A stretch of 64,000 bases of DNA from Nitrosopumilus sp. (GTDB lineage: Archaea; Thermoproteota; Nitrososphaeria; Nitrososphaerales; Nitrosopumilaceae), in assembly GCA_965206745.1 (NCBI GenBank), contig OZ242220.1, positions 832,001-896,000 on the forward strand, written 5' to 3'. Below are positions 1-10,580 of this stretch, piece after piece. Numbering within the stretch: the stretch's first letter is position 1; each line of letters begins with the position of its first letter. The notes beneath the pieces were generated by a model. It was not told the origin of the DNA, ran no database searches, and saw nothing but the letters and a program-made list of their open reading frames with translations. A program made the position numbers and the translations under genes.

Positions 1-1
1 A

Positions 2-808
2 ATGTGCTGCTTGACTGGCTCTGGTAAAATCACAACCGATGTAGACTCTTTGCGTTCCCAAATCCGAGACAAAAGCGTTAGAGTGATTGATGTAAGACGG
101 GAGGGAGATTATAAGCAGGATCACATTCCATCTGCCGTAAACCTGCCTCTTGCCAATCTTTTATCTGATGACAGTCCTGAACGTGTTTTGAAGCTTGTAA
201 ATTCCATGGGAATTGACGATGAAACTCCTGTCGTTGTCTATGATGATACGTTTGGTGCTTTGGCATCACGGGTTGCATGGACTTTGGAATACTTGGGACA
301 CTCAGATGTGACCCTGCTAGAAACCACATATGGTAATTGGAAATCCCTTGGATTGGAAAACGATTCTACCATGCCTGAAATCCAAAGTAAAGAACACTCT
401 CTAAAATTACGGCCTGAAATTTTGGCCACCTCTGATTATCTGGAAACTGCCAAAACCCGTGATGATGTGATCCTAATTGATAACCGGGAGAGGCTGAACT
501 TTCTTGAGCAGCATATCCCTGGTGCCATCAGCTTGCCTTATCGCACATTGGCCTCAAATGATAAAATCTTACGCCCAAAAGAGGACATGAAAAGACTGTT
601 GGATAATCGTATGGTCACAGGGGACTCTGAAATTATTACCTATTGTGGCAGTGTGGGCACTCTTTCTGGCTTGGCATACTATGCGCTAAAATCTGCCGGA
701 CTGCCTAATGCAAAATTGTATGTTCGTTCCTTCAAAGAGTGGAAGAATCTTCAAAAACCTACCGAAAAACAAGAGGATGCTAATTATTGGGATCTGTCTG
801 CTGAGTGA
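2..808 (+). CDS. Tandem-domain rhodanese / sulfurtransferase
   Basis: Two rhodanese domains (VIDVR..Y...HIPSAV; LIDNR..F...HIPGAI) and active-site loop YCGSVG. Start is uncertain at the window edge. Confidence 0.9.
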   Translation: MCCLTGSGKITTDVDSLRSQIRDKSVRVIDVRREGDYKQDHIPSAVNLPLANLLSDDSPERVLKLVNSMGIDDETPVVVYDDTFGALASRVAWTLEYLGHSDVTLLETTYGNWKSLGLENDSTMPEIQSKEHSLKLRPEILATSDYLETAKTRDDVILIDNRERLNFLEQHIPGAISLPYRTLASNDKILRPKEDMKRLLDNRMVTGDSEIITYCGSVGTLSGLAYYALKSAGLPNAKLYVRSFKEWKNLQKPTEKQEDANYWDLSAE

Positions 809-1930
809 TTAGGATATCTGCTCTCTGAGTTTTTTTGTTACGGTTCCTTCAATGTTGTCAAATAGCACTATCATCTTTTCTTTGTTGTCTATGAGATAGT
901 CTGCTCCCCTGTCCTTTAGTCTGATCTTCCACAATCTTATCTCCCTGTGTTCCTCAAAGAAGCTCTCTATCATCTGCTCCCCTGATCTTGTCGGGTCTAT
1001 GAACTCGTCAAAAATATCAATTGTTTTCTCTACGTCTCCCTCCTCTATTGATTCTTTGACTGATTGGATTGCCTGACTGAGTTCTTTCAAATTTTTGACT
1101 GGTCGAGGCAATGTCTTTTTAGTAATCCCAAACAATCCTTTTTTCTCCTTGCCAATTTTTTCTGCGATATTCTCTGCAAGATCATAGATTGGTATTTTAC
1201 TTAGTCCGTCACGTTTTTCATTTTGTACGATTAGTCCCTTTTCTAATAATTTCCTTAACGCTGTTTCGGCATCTATCTTGTCTAAAAATGTCGTCCATAC
1301 AATTGCACCCAACGTATGGTATCCCTGTCTGACTGATTCTAGAACAACTACCTCTTGAATTCTTTTGAATCCTTCCTCTATTCTGACATTCATAAAGTCT
1401 TTGTCCCTGATTGCTTTTCTAGCATTCTTTACATCTATCTCTATGGAGCGTTTGAGGGCCTCTAGTGCTTCAGGAACTTGATTTAGCAAAGACAAAAAGC
1501 ATGCTTGATTATACCATGCCATTCCGTACGTTGGATCTGACTCAATCGCCTTTTGTGTTGCATCTAGGGCTTTTGCATATTTTTTCTGCTCATAATGTAC
1601 CAATCCCTTGAGATTCCAAGCCTCTGGATTTGTAACATCAATCTCTAGAATCTTGTCATACACCTTCAATGCTTCTGCGTGTTCGTCTAGGTGAAATCTG
1701 GCATATCCCAACTTCATCAATGTTTCAACGTTATCTGGGTCAATGCGTAATGCTTGTTCAAATATCTCTACGGCATCCTCTAGCTTTTCATCTGCCATCA
1801 AATTGATGCCTTTTTTAAATAATTTTTTACGATTATAATCTATATCCACCAGACTTCTTTCTTGCGGGATTGTCTTCTCCATCTTTGTTTCCTCTGCCTC
1901 TTTTGACTTTTTCCCGAACGGTTTCTTCAC
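809..1930 (-). CDS. TPR-repeat protein
   Basis: Several TPR motifs (EQALRIDPDNVE, AWNLKG, AWYNQAC) followed by a helical/winged-helix-like C-terminus. Confidence 0.85.
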   Translation of the reverse strand: MKKPFGKKSKEAEETKMEKTIPQERSLVDIDYNRKKLFKKGINLMADEKLEDAVEIFEQALRIDPDNVETLMKLGYARFHLDEHAEALKVYDKILEIDVTNPEAWNLKGLVHYEQKKYAKALDATQKAIESDPTYGMAWYNQACFLSLLNQVPEALEALKRSIEIDVKNARKAIRDKDFMNVRIEEGFKRIQEVVVLESVRQGYHTLGAIVWTTFLDKIDAETALRKLLEKGLIVQNEKRDGLSKIPIYDLAENIAEKIGKEKKGLFGITKKTLPRPVKNLKELSQAIQSVKESIEEGDVEKTIDIFDEFIDPTRSGEQMIESFFEEHREIRLWKIRLKDRGADYLIDNKEKMIVLFDNIEGTVTKKLREQIS

Positions 1931-2055
1931 AGCTCAAATAGGCGTTTTCTCTAGATAAATACCAACCTTAATTGAGCCTATTGAGATGCGTACCAAATCT
2001 ACAATGGATTTTAGCGATCTAAATACAGAAATACTTGAAATATACATAAACGATT

Positions 2056-3654
2056 GTGTCATCACAGTCACGATTAGAGATTCAAGGTCAGGCGCCATTT
2101 AAGCAATCTGGTGTTTATGAAGCCCAAATCGCAGTCACTAAAAGTAAGCCATCTGATGATGAGATTCGTACCAAGCAATTTTCAACCCTGTGGAAGGGCA
2201 ATTTTCATCTTAGGGTAAAAGATGGATTGTTTTCTGAAACCATTGGTTCTTCTGCAAATCCACTACCTCCATCAATTGTCAGTCTTGACAGGGTTTGGAT
2301 TGTCGTTACTGACTTATTTTCCACACTTTATACCGTATTTGATGTTCCTTTAACTAGTCCAACTTCGCAACCTAGGATAAAACCTGAAGTAAAAACAAAT
2401 GATGTTCAAAAACCCAAACGTTCTACAAAAACAAATATTGTTGGAGAATCTGCCCATAGGGGTACGACCGGCTCAATCGGTCCACCTGGTGATAAAGGCT
2501 CAATCGGTCCACCCGGTTCACAAGGACCTGTGGGTGTTAAGGGTCCAGAAGGCCCACCCGGTTCGCCTGGCGACAAGGGTGCAACTGGTGATAAAGGCAT
2601 GTCCGGCGACAAGGGAATTGCTGGTGACAAAGGTGACAAAGGCGACAAGGGAATTACCGGCGACAAAGGTGACAAAGGCGACAAAGGAGTTACTGGTTCA
2701 CCTGGTGACAAAGGAGAAAAAGGTACGACAGGCCCAATTGGTGATAAAGGCCCAACTGGATTAAAAGGTCCCATTGGCGACAAAGGCGAAAAAGGCCCAA
2801 CTGGATTAATTGGTGACAAAGGTTCTTCTGGATTAAGAGGTGTTCCAGGTGACAAAGGTGATCAAGGTCCGCAAGGCGTTCTCGGCGACAAAGGATTAAC
2901 TGGCCCAATCGGGTCTCCTGGAGAAAAAGGCCCAACTGGTTCATCTGGAATACAAGGTGAAAAAGGAATTCAGGGTGGCCCCGGTCCAATCGGTGACAAA
3001 GGCCCTCTTGGTCTTCACGGTGACAAAGGCCCTCTTGGTCCGCCAGGTCCGCCCGGCGACAAAGGATTAACTGGTTCTACAGGCCCACTTGGAGACAAAG
3101 GTCAACTAGGCCCACCAGGCCCACTTGGAGACAAAGGAAACAAAGGCCCAGAGGGACAAATCGGAGAGAAAGGCCCACAAGGCCCACAAGGCCCAGCAGG
3201 TTCTAAAGGATTAACTGGAGTTCCAGGTCCGCAAGGAGAAAAAGGTGACAAAGGTCCAACTGGTCTAATCGGAGAGAAAGGTCCATCTGGTCCACTCGGA
3301 GCAACTGGAGAGAAAGGCCCACAAGGTCCACAAGGCTCTCAAGGTGAACGTGGCACCACTGGCCCCCCTGGAGAGAAAGGCCCACAAGGCCCACAAGGAA
3401 TTCAAGGTCCACAAGGTGAACGTGGCCCATCTGGCCCAATCGGTTCAATAGGAGAACAAGGCCCTGTGGGAGGACAAGGTCCTGTAGGACCGCCCGGCCC
3501 AAGAGGCCCCCCTGGCCCCCCTGGAGAGAAAGGCCCATCTGGAGGAATGTCTTCAGAACAGAAAGCTCTCTTCAAAGATTTGTTAGAAATTTTGACAGCA
3601 AAAAATACAATCTCTACTGAAGAGCAAATCAAATTGATGAGTTACCTTTACTGA
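2056..3654 (+). CDS. Collagen-like protein (120 Gly-X-Y triplets, globular N-domain, SHOCT-like C-terminal helix)
   Basis: Uninterrupted Gly-X-Y from nt 2461 to 3540. No signal peptide or TM segment visible. Confidence 0.9.
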   Translation: MSSQSRLEIQGQAPFKQSGVYEAQIAVTKSKPSDDEIRTKQFSTLWKGNFHLRVKDGLFSETIGSSANPLPPSIVSLDRVWIVVTDLFSTLYTVFDVPLTSPTSQPRIKPEVKTNDVQKPKRSTKTNIVGESAHRGTTGSIGPPGDKGSIGPPGSQGPVGVKGPEGPPGSPGDKGATGDKGMSGDKGIAGDKGDKGDKGITGDKGDKGDKGVTGSPGDKGEKGTTGPIGDKGPTGLKGPIGDKGEKGPTGLIGDKGSSGLRGVPGDKGDQGPQGVLGDKGLTGPIGSPGEKGPTGSSGIQGEKGIQGGPGPIGDKGPLGLHGDKGPLGPPGPPGDKGLTGSTGPLGDKGQLGPPGPLGDKGNKGPEGQIGEKGPQGPQGPAGSKGLTGVPGPQGEKGDKGPTGLIGEKGPSGPLGATGEKGPQGPQGSQGERGTTGPPGEKGPQGPQGIQGPQGERGPSGPIGSIGEQGPVGGQGPVGPPGPRGPPGPPGEKGPSGGMSSEQKALFKDLLEILTAKNTISTEEQIKLMSYLY

Positions 3655-4019
3655 GAAATTTAATTTCTAATTCCAAATAACTACCTCAACTATATGACTA
3701 TGATCTTAGGCCTGATGATTCATTGGCTTCATTACTGTTTATGCATTCATTCAACAAGCCTTTTTTAGCAAATCATTTTCAGAATAATGATTTGTCAATG
3801 TCTCTTTTTCACTATTTTGTCGTCAACATTACTTGGAAGATTTCTTAGTAGTTTCAGCATTTCTATATCTGTAGACATGTTGCATCATTTTGAAAAATAA
3901 ATGCAATGTCAACTGTGAATGTTTTTTTATTAAACGTTCTACAGCTAACACTGTTTTAAAATTTAGAAAAATGGAAACAATTCGCCGTCTTTGAGACGAT
4001 TGTTAATTTGCAGACGATA

Positions 4020-4442
4020 TTATCGTCTTTTTGCTGCAGTTCGTCTCTTTGGAGCGGCTCTACGTTTTACTGCTGCCTTTCTCTTTGGAGCTGTTCTGCG
4101 TTTTGCGACAGTTCGTCTCTTTGTAGCGGCTCTACGTTTTACTGCTGCCTTTCTCTTTGGAGCTGTTCTGCGTTTTGCTGCCTTTCTCTTTGGAGCTGCT
4201 TTCTTTGCTGCAGTTCGTCTCTTTGGAGCGGCTCTACGTTTTACTGCTGCCTTTCTCTTTGGAGCTGTTCTGCGTTTTGCTACCTTTCTCTTTGGAGCTG
4301 CTTTCTTTGCTGCAGTTCGTCTCTTTGGAGCGGCTCTACGTTTTACTGCTGCCTTTCTCTTTGGAGCTGTTTTGCGTTTTGCTGCTGTAGTAGATTTTTT
4401 AGTTGATCTACGTTTAGTTGCAGCTTTTCTTTTTGTTGCCAT
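4020..4442 (-). CDS. Histone H1-like / Hc2-like Lys-Arg-Ala repeat protein
   Basis: ATG start, 140 aa, 69 K+R and no acidic residue. Built from KR[KR][TA]A[PVA] units. Confidence 0.8.
   Translation of the reverse strand: MATKRKAATKRRSTKKSTTAAKRKTAPKRKAAVKRRAAPKRRTAAKKAAPKRKVAKRRTAPKRKAAVKRRAAPKRRTAAKKAAPKRKAAKRRTAPKRKAAVKRRAATKRRTVAKRRTAPKRKAAVKRRAAPKRRTAAKRR
4030..4385. repeat. Coding tandem repeats (102-bp and 72-bp higher-order units) inside the H1-like gene
   Basis: Near-identical copies of gctgcagttcgtctctttggagcggctctacgttttactgctgcctttctctttggagctg. Confidence 0.85.
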
Positions 4443-4737
4443 ACAGAATTCCGTAATTTCATCGTTTTTCAGTAGTTAAACTAAAGAAATTTACACAATT
4501 TGATTACAAATTGTCAAGTAATTTTATTTGGTTTTTTTTATTTTGATCGTAAAAATTCCAATTATCTCTTTTTCAAAGTATTTTTTCAGCCTCAAATTCA
4601 ATTATTTTCCTGCAAATCTTTCATTTGCAAGTATTTTAGGCACAATATTGATTATTTTTTCCAAAATTCTTTTTTTGCAGTTTGTTTTTATTTTTCTTAC
4701 AAAAATTTCCGTTGAGATTTTTTAGATCCATTTTTGA

Positions 4738-5847
4738 TTACACTCCGCGTCTTTTGATGATAGTTAACACGTCTTCATCAATCATCACGTGATTCAAACC
4801 CACTCTCTGTCCTCCAAACTTTACACTCTTTCCCCAAACTAAACCGTACCTGAACTCCCGTTTTAACCTTCGATGCAATTTGTTGCAGATATCTTCTACC
4901 GTATCTCCCTCCCTTGCAATGAGTGGCTCTTTGTAGTCTGTCTCTCCTCCTTTTGGCCTCAGGTATATTCTGATGAATTTTAATCTCCCATAAATTTTCT
5001 CTTTGAGCAAATCGATGTTGAGATCAGCATTTGCAGATACTTCTATTACGTCTGATTTAATTTTGGTTTTCAAATCTTTTAGGAATGTCTCATCAACCAA
5101 ATCGATCTTGTTTAGAATGGTCAGTGCTTTTGAATAACTTATGTTTCCTGCAATATGATCAGCTAACTGTTCTGACGTGACATCCTCCCTTACCACTACG
5201 CGAGCACTAACCAAACCATAAAGGTGTAAAATATCTTTGAGATGTTTTTCTGTAATTTTTGTTAACTTTACTTGCTGTGCAATTGCAATTCCGCCCATTG
5301 ATGCCTTTTCAATAGTAATGTTTGGCGGTAATTGGTTTAACCTAATTCCGATATTTCCTAGCTCATTAATTAGTACATCCTCGTGGTACGGTTGAAACAC
5401 ATCTAATACTAGTAAAACAAGATCTGCAGTTCTTGCAACTGACAAAATTCTCTTTCCTAACCCTTTGCCTGTGGATGCACCTTTGATGATTCCTGGAAGG
5501 TCCAATACCTGAATGTTGGCACCTCGATACTCCATCATTCCTGGAACCACTGTCAAAGTTGTAAACTGAAATGCCCCGACGGTAGATTTTGCACTGGTCA
5601 TTTTGTTTAGTAATGTGGATTTTCCCACACTTGGCAATCCGATAAAAACAACTGTTGCATCTCCACTGCGCCGTACATCAAACCCATCCTGCTTCATGCC
5701 TGACTTTTTGACTACATCTGCCTCTTGCTCTCTTTTGAGCTTTGCAATCTTTGCCTTGAGTAGTCCTATGTGGTGCTCTGTAGCTTTGTTGATCTGAGTC
5801 TTTGCCATTTCATCTTGAATGGCCTTAATTTTTTCAGGAATTCCCAA
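4738..5847 (-). CDS. DRG-family (OBG-like) GTPase with TGS domain
   Basis: TQINKATEHHIGLLKAK N-terminus, GLPSVGKS, FTT, DLPG, NKID, C-terminal TGS domain. Confidence 0.95.
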   Translation of the reverse strand: MGIPEKIKAIQDEMAKTQINKATEHHIGLLKAKIAKLKREQEADVVKKSGMKQDGFDVRRSGDATVVFIGLPSVGKSTLLNKMTSAKSTVGAFQFTTLTVVPGMMEYRGANIQVLDLPGIIKGASTGKGLGKRILSVARTADLVLLVLDVFQPYHEDVLINELGNIGIRLNQLPPNITIEKASMGGIAIAQQVKLTKITEKHLKDILHLYGLVSARVVVREDVTSEQLADHIAGNISYSKALTILNKIDLVDETFLKDLKTKIKSDVIEVSANADLNIDLLKEKIYGRLKFIRIYLRPKGGETDYKEPLIAREGDTVEDICNKLHRRLKREFRYGLVWGKSVKFGGQRVGLNHVMIDEDVLTIIKRRGV

Positions 5848-5931
5848 CGCTGCTCATTCATTTTCACTTTCTTTTCAAATAAAACCGTATAACTTAGTAG
5901 CAAATATTATTCGGTTCATAAAACAATTATC

Positions 5932-6627
5932 ATGAAAAAGAGAACATTTGCAGTGGATATTGATGGAACTATCACCGAAAATGGCGGGGGTAGAATACAT
6001 CTTGATGCCCTAGAGTCATTACGTCGTCTAACCAACATGGGGCATGATGTGATCTTTGTTACCGGACGTTCTTCTGTTGAGGGATTCTTACTCTCTGTTT
6101 TTGGTGGGACTACAAAGATCGCTGTAGGCGAGAATGGCGGGTGTATTACAATGGATTCCGATGATCATATTTTGTTTGGGAATCTTGACGAATGCAAAAG
6201 AGCTTTTGAAGTAATTAAGGACAATATTGACAACGTTCAAGAAAAACATGTTTTCCCAAGAATGACTGAGGTTGTTTTGGAGAGAACGTTTGATTTGGAT
6301 CTTGCAAGAAAGTTTCTTGCCCAAAAAAATATTTCAGTCGAATTGTCTGACAGCCAATATGCATACCACATCAATTCTCCTGGAATTGACAAGGGAACCG
6401 GCTTTACCAAAATCATGGAGAAACTCTCAATTTCTCGTGATGATGTGATTGCAATTGGAGATAGCGCTACTGATATCCCGTTATTCAAAGTGGCAAAAAC
6501 AAGCATTGCATTGGGCAATGCGTCTGATCATGTGAAATCTGAGGCCACCATGGTAGTTTCTGCGCATGCCGGGGATGGGGTTCTTGAGGCATTAGATAAA
6601 TTAGCGCCCACATTATCTGAGATATAG
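5932..6627 (+). CDS. HAD hydrolase (archaeal phosphoglycolate phosphatase / SPP-like)
   Basis: DIDGT, TGR, ENGG, DKG and GDSATD motifs. Confidence 0.9.
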   Translation: MKKRTFAVDIDGTITENGGGRIHLDALESLRRLTNMGHDVIFVTGRSSVEGFLLSVFGGTTKIAVGENGGCITMDSDDHILFGNLDECKRAFEVIKDNIDNVQEKHVFPRMTEVVLERTFDLDLARKFLAQKNISVELSDSQYAYHINSPGIDKGTGFTKIMEKLSISRDDVIAIGDSATDIPLFKVAKTSIALGNASDHVKSEATMVVSAHAGDGVLEALDKLAPTLSEI

Positions 6628-6629
6628 AA

Positions 6630-8516
6630 ATGACTTTCAAATCCATTCTTGATGAAATTGAAAATAATCTAAACAAAATACTATCCGATCTCCAAGTACA
6701 TGATGTTAAATTTTCTGTAGAGCCGGCCAAACCCGGATTCGGAGATGTAAGCTCCAATGTCTCCTATTTGCTTGCAAAACTGCTAAAGAAGAGCCCGAAA
6801 GAAATTGCTGAGATGCTTTCTGAAAAATATTCCCATTGTACAAGCACACTTGTCTTGAAATCCGAAGCACACCCCTCTGGATATCTTAACTTCTTTGCAA
6901 ACTGGGACAAGCTAAGCCAGTTGATCCTCTCTGAATCCTACCTTGATACGTGTGGTGATGTTGATATTGGCAATGGCTCTGCAATTGTAGTTGAGCACAC
7001 CAGTGTCAATCCAAACAAAGCGCTTCACATAGGCCATATACGAAATATCATCATCGGAGATGCCGTATCTAGAATCTTGGAGAAAGCTGGTTACAAAGTC
7101 AATGTGTTGAATTACATCGATGATTCTGGGCTGCAAGTCGCCGACATCATAGTTGGTTTTAAACACTTTGGATATGCGCAGGAGCCTCCAAACGGCAAGA
7201 AGTTTGATCATTATTGCGGTGATGATGTCTATGTCAAAACAACTGAAAAATATGAGGCCGATTCTGGTTTGAAAGAAATTACTAAAAACGTTCTCAAAGA
7301 ACTTGAAGATGGGGATTCGGAGACGGCAAAGTTTGCAGATAAGATTACCCGAAGGGTCCTGGCAGGACAACTTGAGACCTGTTGGAATCTTGGAGTTACA
7401 TATGACTGCCTGAACTTTGAATCACAAATTATCCGCTCAGGTCTCTGGAATGAAATCTTTGAGAAACTCAAAGAGATGAATCTGGCCGAGTTTGAAAATG
7501 AAGGTGAGAATGGGGGCTGTTGGGTGATTCGTGGCGATGGCAAAGAGGAAGACAAGGTGATTGTTCGCAGTAATGGGACTGCCACGTATATTGCCAAAGA
7601 CATTCCTTATGCTGCCTGGAAACTGGGCTTGCTTGAAGACCCGTTCAACTATGAAAAATACGGCAAAGACCAACCTGGTTCTAGGACTTTGTGGCAAACC
7701 ACCTTGAGCAAATCTGATAAAATCTCTAAAGATTTCACTGGTGAAAAAGTTGTCACCGTGATTGATTCAAGGCAGGCAAATCTACAAAAAATAATCACTT
7801 CGTTGATGGGCAAATTCAAGTCCGTACCTGATGCGTACAATCACCTCGGATACGAATCTGTCACATTGAGTTCGGACACTGCAAAGACCCTTGGCTTGGA
7901 AACTGACGGCAAACAAGCCCAAATGTCTGGACGAAAAGGATTCTACATCAGTGCTGACTCTGTATATGAAATTCTTAAAGAAAAAACAGGTAATGAAACT
8001 AGAAAAAGAAATCCTCAGATGAGTGATTCTGAAATTCAAGCCATCGCACATGCAGTTTCAGTTGGAACCATACGATACGAGATGATAAAGCAAGATTTAG
8101 ACAAGATCATTACCTTTGATTTGACAAAATCCCTTAGTTTGGAGGGTGACACTTCTCCTTATATCCAGTATACTCATGCCAGATCTTCTAGAATCTTGGA
8201 AAAATCTGGCCGTACTCCAATGATCGACGTTGATTTCTCTTTGTTAAAAGCAAAGTCTGAAATTAATCTGATTAAGACCATCGGTCTCTTTAATTTACAA
8301 GTCCGAGACGCTGCAAATAACCTGTCTCCTAAAGTGATTGCCCGATACTGCTATGATCTGGCCGTAGCATTTAACTCATTTTATGAAAAATCAAAGGTTC
8401 TTGACTTGGATGATGTGAAATTAGAAGACTCTCGCCTCTGCCTGGTAAACTCTTTTAAAATTGTTCTTGAGAAAGCATTGGATCTTTTAGGCATCGTAGC
8501 ACCTAGTAGAATGTAA
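6630..8516 (+). CDS. argS: Arginyl-tRNA synthetase
   Basis: VEHTSVNPNKALHIGH (HIGH), MSGRKG, EGDTSPYIQYTHAR, DALR domain. Confidence 0.97.
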   Translation: MTFKSILDEIENNLNKILSDLQVHDVKFSVEPAKPGFGDVSSNVSYLLAKLLKKSPKEIAEMLSEKYSHCTSTLVLKSEAHPSGYLNFFANWDKLSQLILSESYLDTCGDVDIGNGSAIVVEHTSVNPNKALHIGHIRNIIIGDAVSRILEKAGYKVNVLNYIDDSGLQVADIIVGFKHFGYAQEPPNGKKFDHYCGDDVYVKTTEKYEADSGLKEITKNVLKELEDGDSETAKFADKITRRVLAGQLETCWNLGVTYDCLNFESQIIRSGLWNEIFEKLKEMNLAEFENEGENGGCWVIRGDGKEEDKVIVRSNGTATYIAKDIPYAAWKLGLLEDPFNYEKYGKDQPGSRTLWQTTLSKSDKISKDFTGEKVVTVIDSRQANLQKIITSLMGKFKSVPDAYNHLGYESVTLSSDTAKTLGLETDGKQAQMSGRKGFYISADSVYEILKEKTGNETRKRNPQMSDSEIQAIAHAVSVGTIRYEMIKQDLDKIITFDLTKSLSLEGDTSPYIQYTHARSSRILEKSGRTPMIDVDFSLLKAKSEINLIKTIGLFNLQVRDAANNLSPKVIARYCYDLAVAFNSFYEKSKVLDLDDVKLEDSRLCLVNSFKIVLEKALDLLGIVAPSRM

Positions 8517-8519
8517 TGT

Positions 8520-8550
8520 CCTAGGGAGAAAACAATGTCCTCTCCCTAGG
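8520..8550. terminator. Perfect 10-bp inverted repeat just downstream of argS (hairpin; possible terminator or stability element)
   Basis: CCTAGGGAGA-N11-TCTCCCTAGG. Function is inferred from position only. Confidence 0.45.
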
Positions 8551-9064
8551 GATATTTTACTGAGGCGAACCTCTGTAGAATATCTTGGCGTGCAAACCAA
8601 TTACTGAATATCCCATATTTTTAAGCAATAAATCTTACTTTGTAAGGTTCTGTGTAATCTTGAGGATCTGAAATACGGATCTTGTTGCTATCTTGAAGAT
8701 CCTGATAGCATGTCAACTTTCAAACTCTTGTTTATCTCTTGTATGATATCGAGTTATTTTATAGGAACAATATCTTTTAATCTGATTCTTTCACTTTTGT
8801 ATAATGGTACTCTTGCAGGACCGTGTGTTTGACCATCAGATTATGTTTTATTTGAGCAAAAAAGTCTTGAAGGATTAGAATGGAGTGAGTCACTACGATG
8901 CTATTTGAGACCTTGATTGGCTCTGTCATATGAGGTCGCAAAGGTCCAATGTATGATGATTTTACATGGGAGTACCTTGCAAGCAAAAAATCTAAAAAAC
9001 ATTAAACTTGGCAGCTAAAAATGACTTTGGCCCAACCCAAAAACCATCTCAACATGCATGATGG

Positions 9065-9364
9065 TTATTTTCTTGGCCGTCTGCGGGGATTCTTTTCATA
9101 AAATTTCTCAACATTCTCATTCCACTCTTTAGTCTCTGCTAGTCTGGAACGGGCATGTGGCCTCTTTCCATTGTTTGATAGTACTGTGCTGTTATTCCCG
9201 TAGAACTGGTCTGTCTCATTAATTAGAACGTCTAGAAACTTTGATGCTTCCTTTGCCTCTTGGCCCTTTGGATCTCTATGCGTCATAATGGACTTTGCAA
9301 GTGTCTCAATCTTTGCTATCTTTATCCGGTACTCGCTTAGAACCCTATGATCAAAGGAAATCAT
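9065..9364 (-). CDS. Hypothetical protein
   Basis: 99-aa ORF with ATG start and normal composition, co-directional with neighbours. Confidence 0.7.
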   Translation of the reverse strand: MISFDHRVLSEYRIKIAKIETLAKSIMTHRDPKGQEAKEASKFLDVLINETDQFYGNNSTVLSNNGKRPHARSRLAETKEWNENVEKFYEKNPRRRPRK

Positions 9365-9406
9365 TTCATTTTTACTCCATTTTACCTGTGTATGTGCATT
9401 TCGGTA

Positions 9407-9919
9407 CTATCCATACATTGACTTTCCAATTGTCGCATCTGTAGTATTATTCTGTGCTGAAAATCCACTGAAATTGGCCCTTAGGATTTTTTGAACATGC
9501 CCTGACACTCTTGCAACATTGTCCCATGTGTCATGAAATGATACCCTGTCTAGAACCTGCTCATCCACATGGGAAAAGATTGCCAAACCTACGACATTCT
9601 CTCCGTCTTTAACCCATTGGTGCCCTATATTGCATATCGTACAAATCTCACCAACTTCCATTATTGCTTTAGAAAACGATGGGTTCTTCATTACCAGCAA
9701 CTTTGAATCTTGAGGTGGAAACCGCATGTTTACATTTACGTGGATTCTGTCTTTTCTGTTTGCATTCTTGCTAACTATGACATTTGTTCCCACATGAAAC
9801 TGCCAGTCCACAATCTTGCTCTTCTCCTTGATTTTTTCAGTCTGATCTTCATAATTGATGTTTGTAACCTTGATAAATTCCTCAACCAAATCTTTCATTT
9901 CTTGAGCTGTCTTTGCCAT
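9407..9919 (-). CDS. Hypothetical protein (possibly DUF2299/YbjN-like fold)
   Basis: 170-aa ORF. Fold guess from overall pattern only. Confidence 0.65.
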   Translation of the reverse strand: MAKTAQEMKDLVEEFIKVTNINYEDQTEKIKEKSKIVDWQFHVGTNVIVSKNANRKDRIHVNVNMRFPPQDSKLLVMKNPSFSKAIMEVGEICTICNIGHQWVKDGENVVGLAIFSHVDEQVLDRVSFHDTWDNVARVSGHVQKILRANFSGFSAQNNTTDATIGKSMYG

Positions 9920-9967
9920 GGATCTATTCCTCCTCGTTGGATATATCCATGTTGTGGAAAAAAAGAA

Positions 9968-10105
9968 CTAATGGCTGTGTCCACAACCACAAGAGTCATG
10001 TCCTTCCTGACCTTCTGATTCCTTACCTGCACATTTGGAACATTTCTCTGCCCCTGTTGGAGAAAAGAAGCCAATTCCACATGATACGCATTTTTGATTT
10101 GACAT
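9968..10105 (-). CDS. 45-aa Zn-ribbon microprotein with Cys/His tail (not in ORF track)
   Basis: Hand translation MSNQKCVSCGIGFFSPTGAEKCSKCAGKESEGQEGHDSCGCGHSH: two CxxC plus HDSCGCGHSH. Confidence 0.75.
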   Translation of the reverse strand: MSNQKCVSCGIGFFSPTGAEKCSKCAGKESEGQEGHDSCGCGHSH

Positions 10106-10191
10106 GATGACTGTAAAAAATTGCCGTATTTAATCAGTACGCATTATTCAGGCTGATAAAACAGCAAAGCTCAGAATTGATGTGTGCCTCT

Positions 10192-10527
10192 CTAGTCCTT
10201 CTTCTGAAACACTCTGTATTCCCCGATAATCGAGCTGCACTTGTGGCATGTGTATTGACCTCGCTCTATCAAAGTTAGTCCGTCTGCAACTGCCTCGTTT
10301 GGCTGCTCCTCGATCTGTATCTGAGTTGGGCCATCAAACTCGGAATTGCATTGCTTGCAAAAGTGTTTTGACATTTTTGCAGTATCTAGTTTTTCAAGTG
10401 ATGCCAAAAAATGCTTGTCCATATTTGGAACAAGTTTTGATTTTGTCACTTGCTCATCAGTAAGATCCGCATTGATCCATCCGCCTGATCCTGCTAACTG
10501 AATTTCTGTCAACTTGGCATTGCTCAT
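10192..10527 (-). CDS. Zn-ribbon hypothetical protein
   Basis: CKQC...CHKC pairs. Confidence 0.8.
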   Translation of the reverse strand: MSNAKLTEIQLAGSGGWINADLTDEQVTKSKLVPNMDKHFLASLEKLDTAKMSKHFCKQCNSEFDGPTQIQIEEQPNEAVADGLTLIERGQYTCHKCSSIIGEYRVFQKKD

Positions 10528-10580
10528 AACTTGGTATTAATATGCTGTTTGGATCATCATTTTGTTTATTCTGGCTAGTG

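Noticed and set aside
2399-3632. Alternative-frame and antisense ORFs within the collagen gene
   Set aside because: By-products of Gly-X-Y codon periodicity.
4030-4385. Regular direct repeats that could be mistaken for a CRISPR array
   Set aside because: No unique spacers; unit lengths are multiples of 3 and encode the H1-like protein; no cas genes.
3991-4479. Plus-strand ORFs (162, 132 and 77 aa) over the H1-like gene
   Set aside because: Antisense shadows of a low-complexity repeat.
4500-4725. Phe-rich short ORFs
   Set aside because: T-rich intergenic DNA with no protein-like pattern.
8560-9060. Long gap after argS containing a 69-aa ORF
   Set aside because: No recognisable motif or RNA structure; possibly decayed DNA but unsupported.
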